From Clostridia bacterium (lineage in GTDB: Bacteria; Pseudomonadota; Gammaproteobacteria; Burkholderiales; SG8-39), in assembly GCA_050261755.1 (NCBI GenBank), contig JBLNDP010000161.1, positions 1 through 44,130 on the forward strand: a stretch of 44,130 nt of DNA. Reading direction: 5' to 3'. Position numbers and translations under genes: made by a program. Shown here piece by piece: positions 16,501 through 23,957 of this stretch. Under the pieces are notes generated by a model that worked only from the letters and a program-made list of their open reading frames with translations, did no database searches and was not told where the DNA came from. Position 1 is the first letter of the stretch. Every line of letters begins with the position of its first letter.

Positions 16501-17745
16501 CATACCGCCGACCCGAGCGTGTTCGATTTCATACGCTCGGTCCTCCTCCTCGAGATCTCCCCGGAGAGGAAGGAAAGGCAGAACGAGATTCTCGACTTCG
16601 CCCTGCGCTTCCAGCAATTCACCGCGCCGGTCGTGGCGAAGGGCGTGGAGGACACGGCGTTCTACCGCTACCACCGCCTCGTCGCGTTGAACGAAGTCGG
16701 CGGCGAGCCGGCGCGCTTCGGCACCTCGCTCAAGGCGTTCCACGCCGCGAGCGAGGATCGCGCGAAGCACTGGCCGCGCACGATGATCGCCACCTCCACG
16801 CACGATACCAAGCGCTCGGAGGACGTGCGCGCGCGGCTGGTGGTGCTCTCGGAGCTCGCTTCCGGCTGGCGCTTGACGCTGCGGCGCTGGAACCTCCTCA
16901 CGCGCAGCACGCCCGCGCCGCATCCGAAGGACGAGTACCTGTTCTATCAGGTCCTGATAGGGATCTGGCCGGCTGCTTCTCCCGATGAAAAGCAGATCGA
17001 AGAATTGAAAAAGCGGTTATCGGCATACATGCTCAAGGCGGTGCGCGAGGCCAAGGAGCGCACGAGCTGGGTCAACCCCGATGCGGAGTACGAGGCGGCG
17101 CTGCAGGCGTTCGTGGCCGGGGCGCTGTCGAACAAGGTGTTCCTGAAGGACGTGGAGGAGGTGGTTGCGCGGGTCGCGCGGCTCGGCCTGCTCGTCGGAC
17201 TCTCGCAAGCGGTGCTGAAGATCGCCTCGCCGGGCGTGCCCGACTATTACCAGGGCACGGAGCTCTGGGACTACAGCCTCGTCGATCCGGACAACCGCCG
17301 TCCGGTGGACTATCGGAAGCGGATGGCCTGGATCGGCGAATCGTCGTCCCCCGAGGACCTGGTCAAGGACCTGTCCGCCGGAAAAGCGAAGATGCACGTC
17401 ATCCGGCAGGGGCTGAAGCTGCGCTGCGAGCGCCCGGAGCTCTTCCTCGAGCCCTCGTATACCGCGCTGTACGCGGACGCGGGCTCGGAAGAGCGCGTCT
17501 GCAGCTTCATGCTGCAAAACCGCGGGCGAAGCGTGATCGCGGTCGCCCCGCGGCTTTTCGCGCACCTGCTCAAGGACGGCGAGGCGATGATTCCCGCCGC
17601 GGCCTGGGGCGAGGCCCGGTTGCCCGTCCCGCCGGGGTGCTACGAAGACGTGCTGACCGGCAAGCGCTACGAGATCGCGGGGGAGGGCATCCACGTCGCC
17701 CAGCTCCTCGATCGCTTCCCCGTCGCCCTCCTCAAGAACCTGTAA
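13576..17745 (+). CDS. malQ-treY: 4-alpha-glucanotransferase (MalQ, GH77) fused to malto-oligosyltrehalose synthase (TreY, GH13)
   Basis: N-terminal part: QLYGLRS..NWGIGDF, SPYSPSSR, LRMDHV, GEDLG, TTHDLPT, NLPGT..EHPNW. From ~15260: PRATYRFQ, STHGYD, INYRRFF, GLRVDHPDGL, VEKI, STHDTKRSED, SLVDPDNRRPVD. One uninterrupted 1389-aa frame. Confidence 0.93.
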   Translation: MAEVAESYLDVWGRPKPIDPQVRAALMAALEGVRLSSKKISIERAKCFQPPLLEEGGRLWGFTVQLYGLRSQRNWGIGDFGDLRRLAELSGRMGAGILGVNPLHATSGTSPYSPSSRHALNVLYIDVDALPEFGAVRHRLDKKFWKGIERLKAAPLVDYDGVRAAKLQALELAYRALRDRKGLAAFARSASRELRDFAIFEALREKFGGGWPGWPEPYRSPSSSAVRAFEKKNRKRVDFHLWLQWRARQQLDAAQAACQAAGMPVGLYVDLALGADGGGAETWSDQAAFAPGVSIGAPPDEFNPKGQDWGLPPYSPRALAAQAYEPFANLLRANMPRGGALRMDHVMSLMRLWWIPHGNKPEQGGYVHYPFEDLLGILARESRARRCLVVGEDLGTVLPEFRHALNQAGVLSYRPLLFEKLPDGRFSPPEAYPREALVCVTTHDLPTWKGFFEGGDLSLRRDLGLSVDPEKECQSREQDQKGLQEALKGEDPHAFLARTPAKLLVVQPEDVLGLEEQANLPGTVAEHPNWRRKLPLPLEQWRGDERMAALVRSMAGRGGRTRVPRATYRFQFHKGFRFADATRLVPYLAKLGVSHVYASPFLKARPGSTHGYDIVDHNQINPEIGTRGELDALVAELVRHRMGLVMDIVPNHMGVLHGDNAWWQDVLARGRASPYARYFDIDWLPAKRELWGKVLLGILGKHYGQALEDGDIKLEKNGVRYFDHLFPLNRALKGKTKGALALHRLLEKQHYRLAYWRVAGDEINYRRFFEIVDLAALRQEDPAVFEATHGLVAELAHRPGVDGLRVDHPDGLADPRTYFRRLQEKCGHPWLVVEKIVADHESLPEDWPVDGTTGYRFANLLTGLFVDGNSERLFDRIYQRFTGDRRPFEQISYESRMLIMNTTLSADLHRLATRLARIASGNRFTRDYTASGLRLALREVAARFPVYRTYVTAAGASEADRKHIDWAIGKAKRASHTADPSVFDFIRSVLLLEISPERKERQNEILDFALRFQQFTAPVVAKGVEDTAFYRYHRLVALNEVGGEPARFGTSLKAFHAASEDRAKHWPRTMIATSTHDTKRSEDVRARLVVLSELASGWRLTLRRWNLLTRSTPAPHPKDEYLFYQVLIGIWPAASPDEKQIEELKKRLSAYMLKAVREAKERTSWVNPDAEYEAALQAFVAGALSNKVFLKDVEEVVARVARLGLLVGLSQAVLKIASPGVPDYYQGTELWDYSLVDPDNRRPVDYRKRMAWIGESSSPEDLVKDLSAGKAKMHVIRQGLKLRCERPELFLEPSYTALYADAGSEERVCSFMLQNRGRSVIAVAPRLFAHLLKDGEAMIPAAAWGEARLPVPPGCYEDVLTGKRYEIAGEGIHVAQLLDRFPVALLKNL

Positions 17746-17766
17746 ATCGGGGACGTCTACCGATTT
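17744..17766 (+). repeat. REP-like palindromic element, copy 1 (AAATCGGGGACGTCTACCGATTT)
   Basis: 7-bp arms AAATCGG/CCGATTT around a GGACG-containing centre; near-identical to the copies at 31579, 31629 and 39840; overlaps the malQ-treY TAA. Confidence 0.8.
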
Positions 17767-17783
17767 CCGCTGTCCAATCCGGC

Positions 17784-18296
17784 ATGGCGAACCGCGTCAT
17801 ATCGGTCGATTCGCAGGGCAGGGTGCAGTCGGTCCAAGAGCCGGGCGTCGCGCAGACGCGCGAGCGCCTGAACTGGCTCGCCTGGCTGCTCGACAGCTCC
17901 ATCCCCATTCCCGGCACGCGGCTGAGCGTGGGTTTGGATGCCGTGATCGGCCTCGTGCCCTTCCTCGGCGACCTGGTGGGCGTCGTGCTCGCCAGCTACA
18001 TCATGGGCGAGGCGGCGCGCCTCGGCGCACCGAGAAGCCTCCTGTGGCGCATGGCCTTCAACATCGGCGTCGACGGCGTGGTGGGCATCATTCCCTTCGC
18101 CGGCGACGTCTTCGATGCCGCGTGGAAGGCGAACCAGCGCAACGTGCGCCTGCTGAACGCCTGGCTCGACGAGCCCCGCAAGTCCCGGCGGCAGAGCCGC
18201 CTCTTCGTCGCGCTGCTCGTCGGCGTGGTGGCGTCGTTCCTGGTGCTGCTGGGCGTCCTCGCCTACCTGCTGTACTTCCTTATTTTCAAACGCTAG
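17784..18296 (+). CDS. DUF4112 family membrane protein
   Basis: LAWLLDSSIPIPGT..SVGLDAVIGLVPFLGD...RMAFNIGVD.VVGIIPFAGDVFDAAWKAN.RN signature. Confidence 0.88.
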   Translation: MANRVISVDSQGRVQSVQEPGVAQTRERLNWLAWLLDSSIPIPGTRLSVGLDAVIGLVPFLGDLVGVVLASYIMGEAARLGAPRSLLWRMAFNIGVDGVVGIIPFAGDVFDAAWKANQRNVRLLNAWLDEPRKSRRQSRLFVALLVGVVASFLVLLGVLAYLLYFLIFKR

Positions 18297-19156
18297 AAGC
18301 CCAGCGACACGGTGGCCCGCTCGTACTTGCCGAGGCCCATGTCGTTGCCCTCGAAGATGCCGTGCTCGCGGATCCACTTGAAGGAATCCTCGAACGTCTC
18401 GCGGGTGTAGGGCTCGAACACGATGCGCTCGCCCGGGCCCCAGCGCCGCGTGTCCATCTGGTCCTGGAAGCGGTCGGGAAACTCGTGCCGGTAGTGCTTC
18501 GTGTAGAGCTCGGGGCGCAGGTCGATGTCGCGCTGCGCGCGCCGCAGCGCGCGGAAATACTTCTTCACGTCGTCGGCGTCCGGATCGCCCGTGAGCATGG
18601 TGGCGATCATGAACGTCGAGTCGATCACCTTGCGGAAGCCGAGCTGCTCGAGGAAGTAGTAGGGGCCGCTGAAGAGCGCCGCCGCCGGCGTCTTGCGGTC
18701 GATCAGGTTCTCCATCCGCCCGAAGAGGATCCCTTCCGAGAAGGAGAGCTTGATGTCCTTCGGGTCGAGGTACTGCTCGAGCGCCTGGATGGTCGAGTAG
18801 TGGCTGCCGGACTGGTAGCCGACCGAGATCGGCACGCCCTTCAGGTCCTGCGGGTGCTTGATGTCGGACTCGGGCGGCACGAACACCGCGGCCGGCGCCA
18901 CCGAGTAGGCATCGGCGTAGAGCTTGCCGTGGCCCTTGGACGCAGCGACGTTCACCGTCCAGTGGCAGGCGCAGGAGACGTTCGACTCGAGGCCCTTCTC
19001 GATGTTCTGGAACGCGCCGGACTTGTCCGGCGTGTGGTGCGTCTTCCAGACGCCCTTGAACTCGTAGTCGAGCCCTTCGGCCTTGAAGTAGCCTTTTTCT
19101 TCAGCCACCCACTCGTGCAACCTGAAGTGGGGCGCGATCACGAATTTCTGTTTCAT
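18293..19156 (-). CDS. type-II periplasmic-binding-protein-fold protein (NMT1/THI5/SsuA-like) without signal peptide
   Basis: VAEEKGYFKAEGLDYEF and SDIKHPQDLKG..I.V..GS motifs of the NMT1/SsuA-like fold; the N-terminus has no hydrophobic signal sequence. Confidence 0.75.
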   Translation of the reverse strand: MKQKFVIAPHFRLHEWVAEEKGYFKAEGLDYEFKGVWKTHHTPDKSGAFQNIEKGLESNVSCACHWTVNVAASKGHGKLYADAYSVAPAAVFVPPESDIKHPQDLKGVPISVGYQSGSHYSTIQALEQYLDPKDIKLSFSEGILFGRMENLIDRKTPAAALFSGPYYFLEQLGFRKVIDSTFMIATMLTGDPDADDVKKYFRALRRAQRDIDLRPELYTKHYRHEFPDRFQDQMDTRRWGPGERIVFEPYTRETFEDSFKWIREHGIFEGNDMGLGKYERATVSLGF

Positions 19157-20189
19157 CTTTGATCCTCTTTTCGAGCGTTCTGCGGAAATGGGCGAGCGGC
19201 GCGTCCGACACGATGCCGTGGAACTTGAAGGACGGATCGGCGTCGAGCATCTGCTGCTGGCCCTCGATGATGAACTTGTCCTCGAGGAAGCCCTGCACCA
19301 TGCTGTCTCGGAGCGACAGCGCGATCGTGTGATCGTCGAGGTCGTGGTCGTGCAGGTAGTTCCAGAAGAAATGCGTGCTCGAGCGCGTCTCGGGCGTGAA
19401 GAACTGGCAGTTGCGGTATTCCTTGGCGCCCTCGCGGCTCCCCTTCTCCAGCCCGAGGCCCGCGGGCGAGAACAGCGACTCGAGGAAGAAGATGCCCGGG
19501 ACGTGCATGCGGCCGATGTTGCGCCGGTCCACGTTCGGCACGCCGCGCCAGAACTTTTTGAGGAAGGGCGGCATCGGCGCGTTCATGTGCCAGCGCTCGA
19601 CGCGGAAGCCGTCCTCGAGGCGCTCGATCGCGAGCGGCTTCGACTTGTAGGCGTACTCCTCCGTGCCGCCAAGCGTCTTCGTGTGCACGAAGGCGAGGTG
19701 CGCGAAGTCCGACAGGTTGTCGACGATGAGGAGGTAGTTGGCGTCGTAGTGCATGTAGTCCGGCACGCCGCGCCACGCCGGGTTCTGGAGATAGGGAATG
19801 TCCACGATCAGCGCCGGATCCGCCTTGGCGACCTCGCCCATCCACACCCAGACGATGTTCTGCTTCTCGACCACCGGGTAGCTGCGCACGCCCAGGCCCT
19901 TAGGGATGTTGTCCTGGCCGGGGATCTGGATGCACTTGCCCGTCGGGTCGAATTTCAGGCCGTGGTACATGCAGCGGATGTCGTCGCCTTCCATCCGCCC
20001 GTTCGAGAGCTTCGCGCCGCGGTGGCAGCAGCGGTTGTCGAGCGCGACGGCGCGGCCGCTTTCGCCGCGATAGAGGAGCATCGGCTCCTCCAGGATGGTG
20101 CGCGCGAGCAGCTTGCCGTCGATGAGCTCGTGGTCCCACGCGGCCATGTACCAGCAATTCATCAGGAACGTTCCGGCGGGGGCAGCCAT
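19101..20189 (-). CDS. Rieske non-heme iron oxygenase alpha subunit (VanA / O-demethylase-like)
   Basis: Rieske motif CCHR...CMYH; mononuclear-Fe motif DNLSDFAHLAFVH; C-terminal EDxxIIExQQ and D-A motifs. SD GAGGA upstream of ATG 20189. Confidence 0.92.
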   Translation of the reverse strand: MAAPAGTFLMNCWYMAAWDHELIDGKLLARTILEEPMLLYRGESGRAVALDNRCCHRGAKLSNGRMEGDDIRCMYHGLKFDPTGKCIQIPGQDNIPKGLGVRSYPVVEKQNIVWVWMGEVAKADPALIVDIPYLQNPAWRGVPDYMHYDANYLLIVDNLSDFAHLAFVHTKTLGGTEEYAYKSKPLAIERLEDGFRVERWHMNAPMPPFLKKFWRGVPNVDRRNIGRMHVPGIFFLESLFSPAGLGLEKGSREGAKEYRNCQFFTPETRSSTHFFWNYLHDHDLDDHTIALSLRDSMVQGFLEDKFIIEGQQQMLDADPSFKFHGIVSDAPLAHFRRTLEKRIKDETEIRDRAPLQVARVGG

Positions 20190-20260
20190 GGGCGGGTCCT
20201 CGGTTTGGTGTTTCATTAAATGCTTTTTTTGACCTGGGATAAATTGCCATTCGTGGAAAC

Positions 20261-20282
20261 ATTGTTCAGAATCCTGAACAAT
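20261..20282. promoter_or_regulatory. probable LysR operator (9-bp inverted repeat ATTGTTCAG-N4-CTGAACAAT containing T-N11-A)
   Basis: Perfect inverted repeat in the AT-rich divergent intergenic region, ending on the lysR start codon. Confidence 0.65.
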
Positions 20283-21147
20283 GGATTGGAACGACGTCGA
20301 GGCCTTCTGCCAGGTGATCGAGCGGGGCGGCTTTACGGCGGCCGCGAAGGCGATGAGCCGGCCGAAATCGAGCATCAGCGCCTCCGTCGCGCGGCTGGAG
20401 ACGGAGCTCGGCGCCCGGCTGCTCCAGCGCACGACGCGGCGCGTGAAGCCGACGGAGGCCGGCGAGTCGCTCTACCAGGACGCGGGCGGCATGTTCCAGC
20501 GCCTGCGCGAGATCCGCATCGACGCGCTGGCGCGAGGCAAGGTGGTCGGCGGGACGCTGCGCATCGCGGCGCCTTACGAGTTCGGCGCGCACCACCTGGG
20601 CGCCGTCGCCTGCGCCATGCTCGCAAAGTACCCGGACCTGCGCATCGACCTCGACGTCGACTACGGGCGTGTCGATCCCCTCGACCGGCGCTACGACATC
20701 GTCTTCTCGAACTTCGACGAGGGCCCCGACAGCGGGCGCGTCGCGCAGCGCGCGTATCCCATCGCGCGCGGCTTGTACGCCGCGCCTGCGTTGCTCGAGC
20801 GCTTTCGCAGCCTGCGCGCGCCCGAAGACCTCGCCGAGCTCCCGGCGATCGCCTCGACGATGGACGCCGAATGGACTTTCCTCGATGCGGAAAACCACGA
20901 GCACCGCGTCCCCATCCGCCCGCGCCTTCGCAGCGTCAACGCCGACGTGCGCCGGCGGGCCACCGTCGCCGGGCTAGGCATCTCGCGCATCGTGCGCACC
21001 TTCTGCGCGCAGGAGGTGAAGGAGGGGAAGCTGGTGGAGCTGCTGCCGGAATTCGGCTGCGCGCCGCTCGTCTTCTACGCGCTGCTGCCCGGGCGGCGGC
21101 TCATGCCGCCCAAGGTGCGCGTCTTTCTCGAGGCGCTGAAGACCTAG
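20281..21147 (+). CDS. LysR family transcriptional regulator (CrgA/DmlR-like)
   Basis: MDWNDVEAF..V...GGFTAAA...SSIS..VARLE..LGARLLQRTTR HTH; C-terminal PKVRVF. Confidence 0.95.
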   Translation: MDWNDVEAFCQVIERGGFTAAAKAMSRPKSSISASVARLETELGARLLQRTTRRVKPTEAGESLYQDAGGMFQRLREIRIDALARGKVVGGTLRIAAPYEFGAHHLGAVACAMLAKYPDLRIDLDVDYGRVDPLDRRYDIVFSNFDEGPDSGRVAQRAYPIARGLYAAPALLERFRSLRAPEDLAELPAIASTMDAEWTFLDAENHEHRVPIRPRLRSVNADVRRRATVAGLGISRIVRTFCAQEVKEGKLVELLPEFGCAPLVFYALLPGRRLMPPKVRVFLEALKT

Positions 21148-21371
21148 GGCTTCGCGGCTCCCATGATCAGGTCGGTGCAGCGCACGAACACCCAGTCGGG
21201 CGGCGTGCCGGTGCCGTTCAGCCAGGACTCGACGAGCGTCACCTCGACGCCCAGGAAGCGGGAGAGGTTATGCTCGCCGCCCAGGAGGATGCAGGCCTCG
21301 TGCAGGCAGCGCACGTGGATGTTGGCGTTGCGGTGCGTCGAGGGGCAGACGTCGGGCTGTTTCATGGGCAC
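21144..21371 (-). CDS. small hypothetical protein, possibly Cro/YdaS-like HTH
   Basis: ACILLGGEHNLSRFLGV....VESWLNG..TPP resembles a Cro-type helix-turn-helix; start at 21371 or 21365. Confidence 0.6.
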   Translation of the reverse strand: MPMKQPDVCPSTHRNANIHVRCLHEACILLGGEHNLSRFLGVEVTLVESWLNGTGTPPDWVFVRCTDLIMGAAKP

Positions 21372-21437
21372 CCATCTTGCACGGGATGCCCTTTCGCCCC
21401 TTGTAGGGCATAGTCGCTTTTCTTGTGGTCCTTTCGG

Positions 21438-21818
21438 CTACTTCTTGAGCGCCGTCACCTCGATCTCGATCTTGATGCGCTCCTCAAGCAGCCCGGCGAC
21501 GAGCATGGTCGCGGCGGGTCGCACGGCGCCGAAATACTTGCCGAGCACCGGCTTGCACGCCTCGAAGTCCTCGCGGCGCGGCAGCATGTAGCGCACGCGC
21601 ACGACGTCGGCGAGGCTGGATCCCGCTTCGACGAGCGCCGCCGAGATGTTGCGCAGGCACTGCTCCGCCTGCTGCGCCACGTCCTCCGAGATCGTCATGT
21701 TCGAATAGTCGAAGCCGGTGGTGCCGGAGACGAAGATCCACGGGCCCTCCACGACCGCGCGCGAGTAGCCTATCTCGCGCTCGAAGCGCGACCCTGAGGA
21801 AATCAACCGCCGGGCCAT
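21438..21818 (-). CDS. RidA/YjgF family protein
   Basis: MARRLISSGSRFEREIGYSRAVV..IFVSGTTG...RPAATM...IKIEIEVTA. Confidence 0.92.
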   Translation of the reverse strand: MARRLISSGSRFEREIGYSRAVVEGPWIFVSGTTGFDYSNMTISEDVAQQAEQCLRNISAALVEAGSSLADVVRVRYMLPRREDFEACKPVLGKYFGAVRPAATMLVAGLLEERIKIEIEVTALKK

Positions 21819-22228
21819 CGATATCCCTTTCCGATCGCCTTCCAGGGCAGCCGGAAGCGGATTCCGGCCTGCCGCAGCACCCAGGCGACGAAGGTGTTGC
21901 TGTTCGGCCCCGGCCAGGGCCGGTAGCGATGCGCGAAGGGATACGCCTTGTCTTCCTTCACCCGGGAAAGAATTTCCTGGATGGACGTGGCGTGCGCGCC
22001 TTCCCATCGCGCCACGACGCGCATTCTGCCACCGCCCACGCCGGCGTCCGGGTGCTTCAGGTTGCAATGGACATGGCCGAAGCTCGCGCCGCCGGCGTCC
22101 TTGCGCTGCCAGACTTCCCAGCGATCGCAGCTTTTCCGCGCGTCGTCCCAGACGACGAACCAGTAGTGGTCGGCGAAGGCGCCGATGAACGGGATCGACG
22201 CGCAGCGCAGCTCGGCGCGAAGCGGCAT
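21803..22228 (-). CDS. DUF3750-like protein
   Basis: FADHYWFV, DRWEVW and YP....YRPWPGPNSNTFVAWV...LP..AIGK.Y motifs; GGAGG SD before ATG 22228. Confidence 0.75.
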   Translation of the reverse strand: MPLRAELRCASIPFIGAFADHYWFVVWDDARKSCDRWEVWQRKDAGGASFGHVHCNLKHPDAGVGGGRMRVVARWEGAHATSIQEILSRVKEDKAYPFAHRYRPWPGPNSNTFVAWVLRQAGIRFRLPWKAIGKGYRWPGG

Positions 22229-22236
22229 GCCTCCGA

Positions 22237-22857
22237 TTATCGGGCCGCGGGTGGCGTGGCGGGAACGGCGCGCCAGCCTTCCTTGCACTCCTGCACGTAC
22301 GGGTAATACGCCTTGCTCGAGTCGCAGTAGTACCAGGTGCCCGGCGATGGGGCCGGCGCGGCGGGGGCTGCGGCTGGCGGCTGCGCCGGGGCCGCCGCGA
22401 CTGAGGGATCCATGGGCGGCTGGGCGACGACGTAGCCGCCGGGGCCGGCCATGTAGTAGACGTCGTTTGCGTAGTAGTACGGAACGCCGCCCAGGTACAC
22501 CGTCGTGTACGCCGGCGGAAGCACCGGCACGACGATTCCGACCGGCGGCCGCGCGACCACGTAACCCGGGCCGCCGACCGTGAACCAGACGCCCGACCGG
22601 TAGAAATAGCGTCCGCCGCGGAAACTGATCGTGAGCGCGCCGCCCGGCAGCGCGGCGATGGCGTAGCCCGGCGCCGGGTAGTAGTGGTTGTGGTGGAAAC
22701 GGTCGTCGAACACCCAGTGCGGCGTGCGGTAGTGCTCCCGATCGCGTTCGTGCTCGTGCTCGCGTTCGCGCTCGTGCCGCTGCGCGAGCGCTGGCGTCGC
22801 GAGCACAAGGCTCGCCATCAGGGCCGCGCCGGCTTTCATCATCGTCAGTCTTTTCAT
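22237..22857 (-). CDS. secreted Pro/Tyr/Gly-rich protein (DUF6515-like)
   Basis: Signal peptide ending in ALA-Q, a His/Glu/Arg-rich tract, repeated YYY..G.Y..VV.PP beta units, a Pro/Ala linker and a C-terminal WYYC....YYPYV.EC..GW module. Confidence 0.75.
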   Translation of the reverse strand: MKRLTMMKAGAALMASLVLATPALAQRHEREREHEHERDREHYRTPHWVFDDRFHHNHYYPAPGYAIAALPGGALTISFRGGRYFYRSGVWFTVGGPGYVVARPPVGIVVPVLPPAYTTVYLGGVPYYYANDVYYMAGPGGYVVAQPPMDPSVAAAPAQPPAAAPAAPAPSPGTWYYCDSSKAYYPYVQECKEGWRAVPATPPAAR

Positions 22858-22944
22858 GGTGCGCTCCGCTTCGTTTCGTTGAACAATCCTAGGACGCGAT
22901 CGTTGCGGCGACTCGCGCAATTTGTATCGATTGGTAACCTGACA

Positions 22945-23475
22945 ATGAAGAAAAGGATATTCCTCGGCGCGACCCTCGTGAGCCTCTCCGGCGCGGCGCT
23001 CGCCCAGCTGGGGGGCGGCTTCCCGGGCGGCGGCTTTCCCGGCGGGCGTCGCAGCCGCGGCGGCGCCGGCACCGGCGACGGGCGCGACAAGGGCAAGGGC
23101 GGCGAGCTGCAGAAGCCGCAGGTCAACATGCTGGAGACCGCGCTCTTCGAGTTCCACGAGGACTTGAAGCTGCGCCAGGAGCAGGAAACCGCGTGGCAGC
23201 GCTACGCCGACAGCGTGCGCGCGATCTCGTCGGACCGCGAGCGGCAGCAGCGGCTCGACCCCCGGACGGAGCCGGTCACCCTCCTGCAGCGGCTCGACCG
23301 CGCCGTGGACGCGGCGCGCAACCGCTTCGCCGCGCTCGAGGACGCCGCCGACCGCGCCCGCGCGCTCTACCAGGTGCTCGCGCCGGAGCAGCAGAAGATG
23401 GCCGACCCGCGCCTCGTCAACCTCGTCTTCGAGGCGGCCGGGCAATCATCGGCTCAGATGCGCCGCGCGTCGTAG
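22945..23475 (+). CDS. Spy/CpxP (LTXXQ)-like periplasmic protein
   Basis: Signal peptide ending in ALA-Q, Gly-rich linker, and two LTxxQ-like motifs (LKLRQEQETAW, LYQVLAPEQQKMAD). Confidence 0.72.
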   Translation: MKKRIFLGATLVSLSGAALAQLGGGFPGGGFPGGRRSRGGAGTGDGRDKGKGGELQKPQVNMLETALFEFHEDLKLRQEQETAWQRYADSVRAISSDRERQQRLDPRTEPVTLLQRLDRAVDAARNRFAALEDAADRARALYQVLAPEQQKMADPRLVNLVFEAAGQSSAQMRRAS

Positions 23476-23957
23476 GCCCAGTGCAGGAGCGCCTGCCGCT
23501 GGCGCGGCCGGCAGAGCAGATCGCCCCGACGGCAGTTGCGCTTGATCTGCGCGAGATGGCGGCGGATCGCCTTCCAGCGCGCGACCTGGCGCTCGTCGTC
23601 CGGCCCGCGGCGGCCCATCCAGTAGCGGCAGTACCACTGGAACCAGCCGCGCGGGTCGTCCGGGTGGATCCAGCCCTTCTTCTTCCAGACGGACAGCGGC
23701 TGTGACGCGGAGACGCCGAAGCAATTGATTTTTGGATTGGAAAAAGAGCTGCTTAACTTCGCCTTGTCGAACCAATCGGCAGGAAATTCCTTGCGGCAGT
23801 CGGTCATGTACTTCCCCCCGAAGACGCCGATGGCGAGCATCTGCTTGGGCGTGAGCTCGGGCTTGAACTCGGGGTGGAAGTTCCGGCCCGGCGGCTCGGT
23901 GCGGAAGTACGCGTAGCCCTTCTGCATCCGGTCGTTCACGACGATCTTCTTCTTCAT
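23454..23957 (-). CDS. conserved hypothetical protein (F.P.LTP..ML..G.FGG.Y / DPRGWFQWYCRY..GRR..DD.RQ..RW / RQ.LLHWAY family)
   Basis: 167 aa, Trp/Arg-rich with a strongly conserved-looking motif pattern; ATG 23957 overlaps the TMEM175 stop. Confidence 0.8.
   Translation of the reverse strand: MKKKIVVNDRMQKGYAYFRTEPPGRNFHPEFKPELTPKQMLAIGVFGGKYMTDCRKEFPADWFDKAKLSSSFSNPKINCFGVSASQPLSVWKKKGWIHPDDPRGWFQWYCRYWMGRRGPDDERQVARWKAIRRHLAQIKRNCRRGDLLCRPRQRQALLHWAYDARRI

Noticed and set aside
19101-19156. Possible frameshift at the end of the Rieske gene (56-nt overlap)
   Set aside because: The conserved C-terminal helix is complete in frame before the overlap, so the tail is a plausible variable extension and no frameshift is needed.
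22735-23046. Short tandem repeats (6-nt period at ~22741-22780; 15-nt duplication at ~23008-23046) as a possible array
   Set aside because: They are explained by low-complexity protein sequence (HE/RE and GGGFP) and have no repeat-spacer structure.
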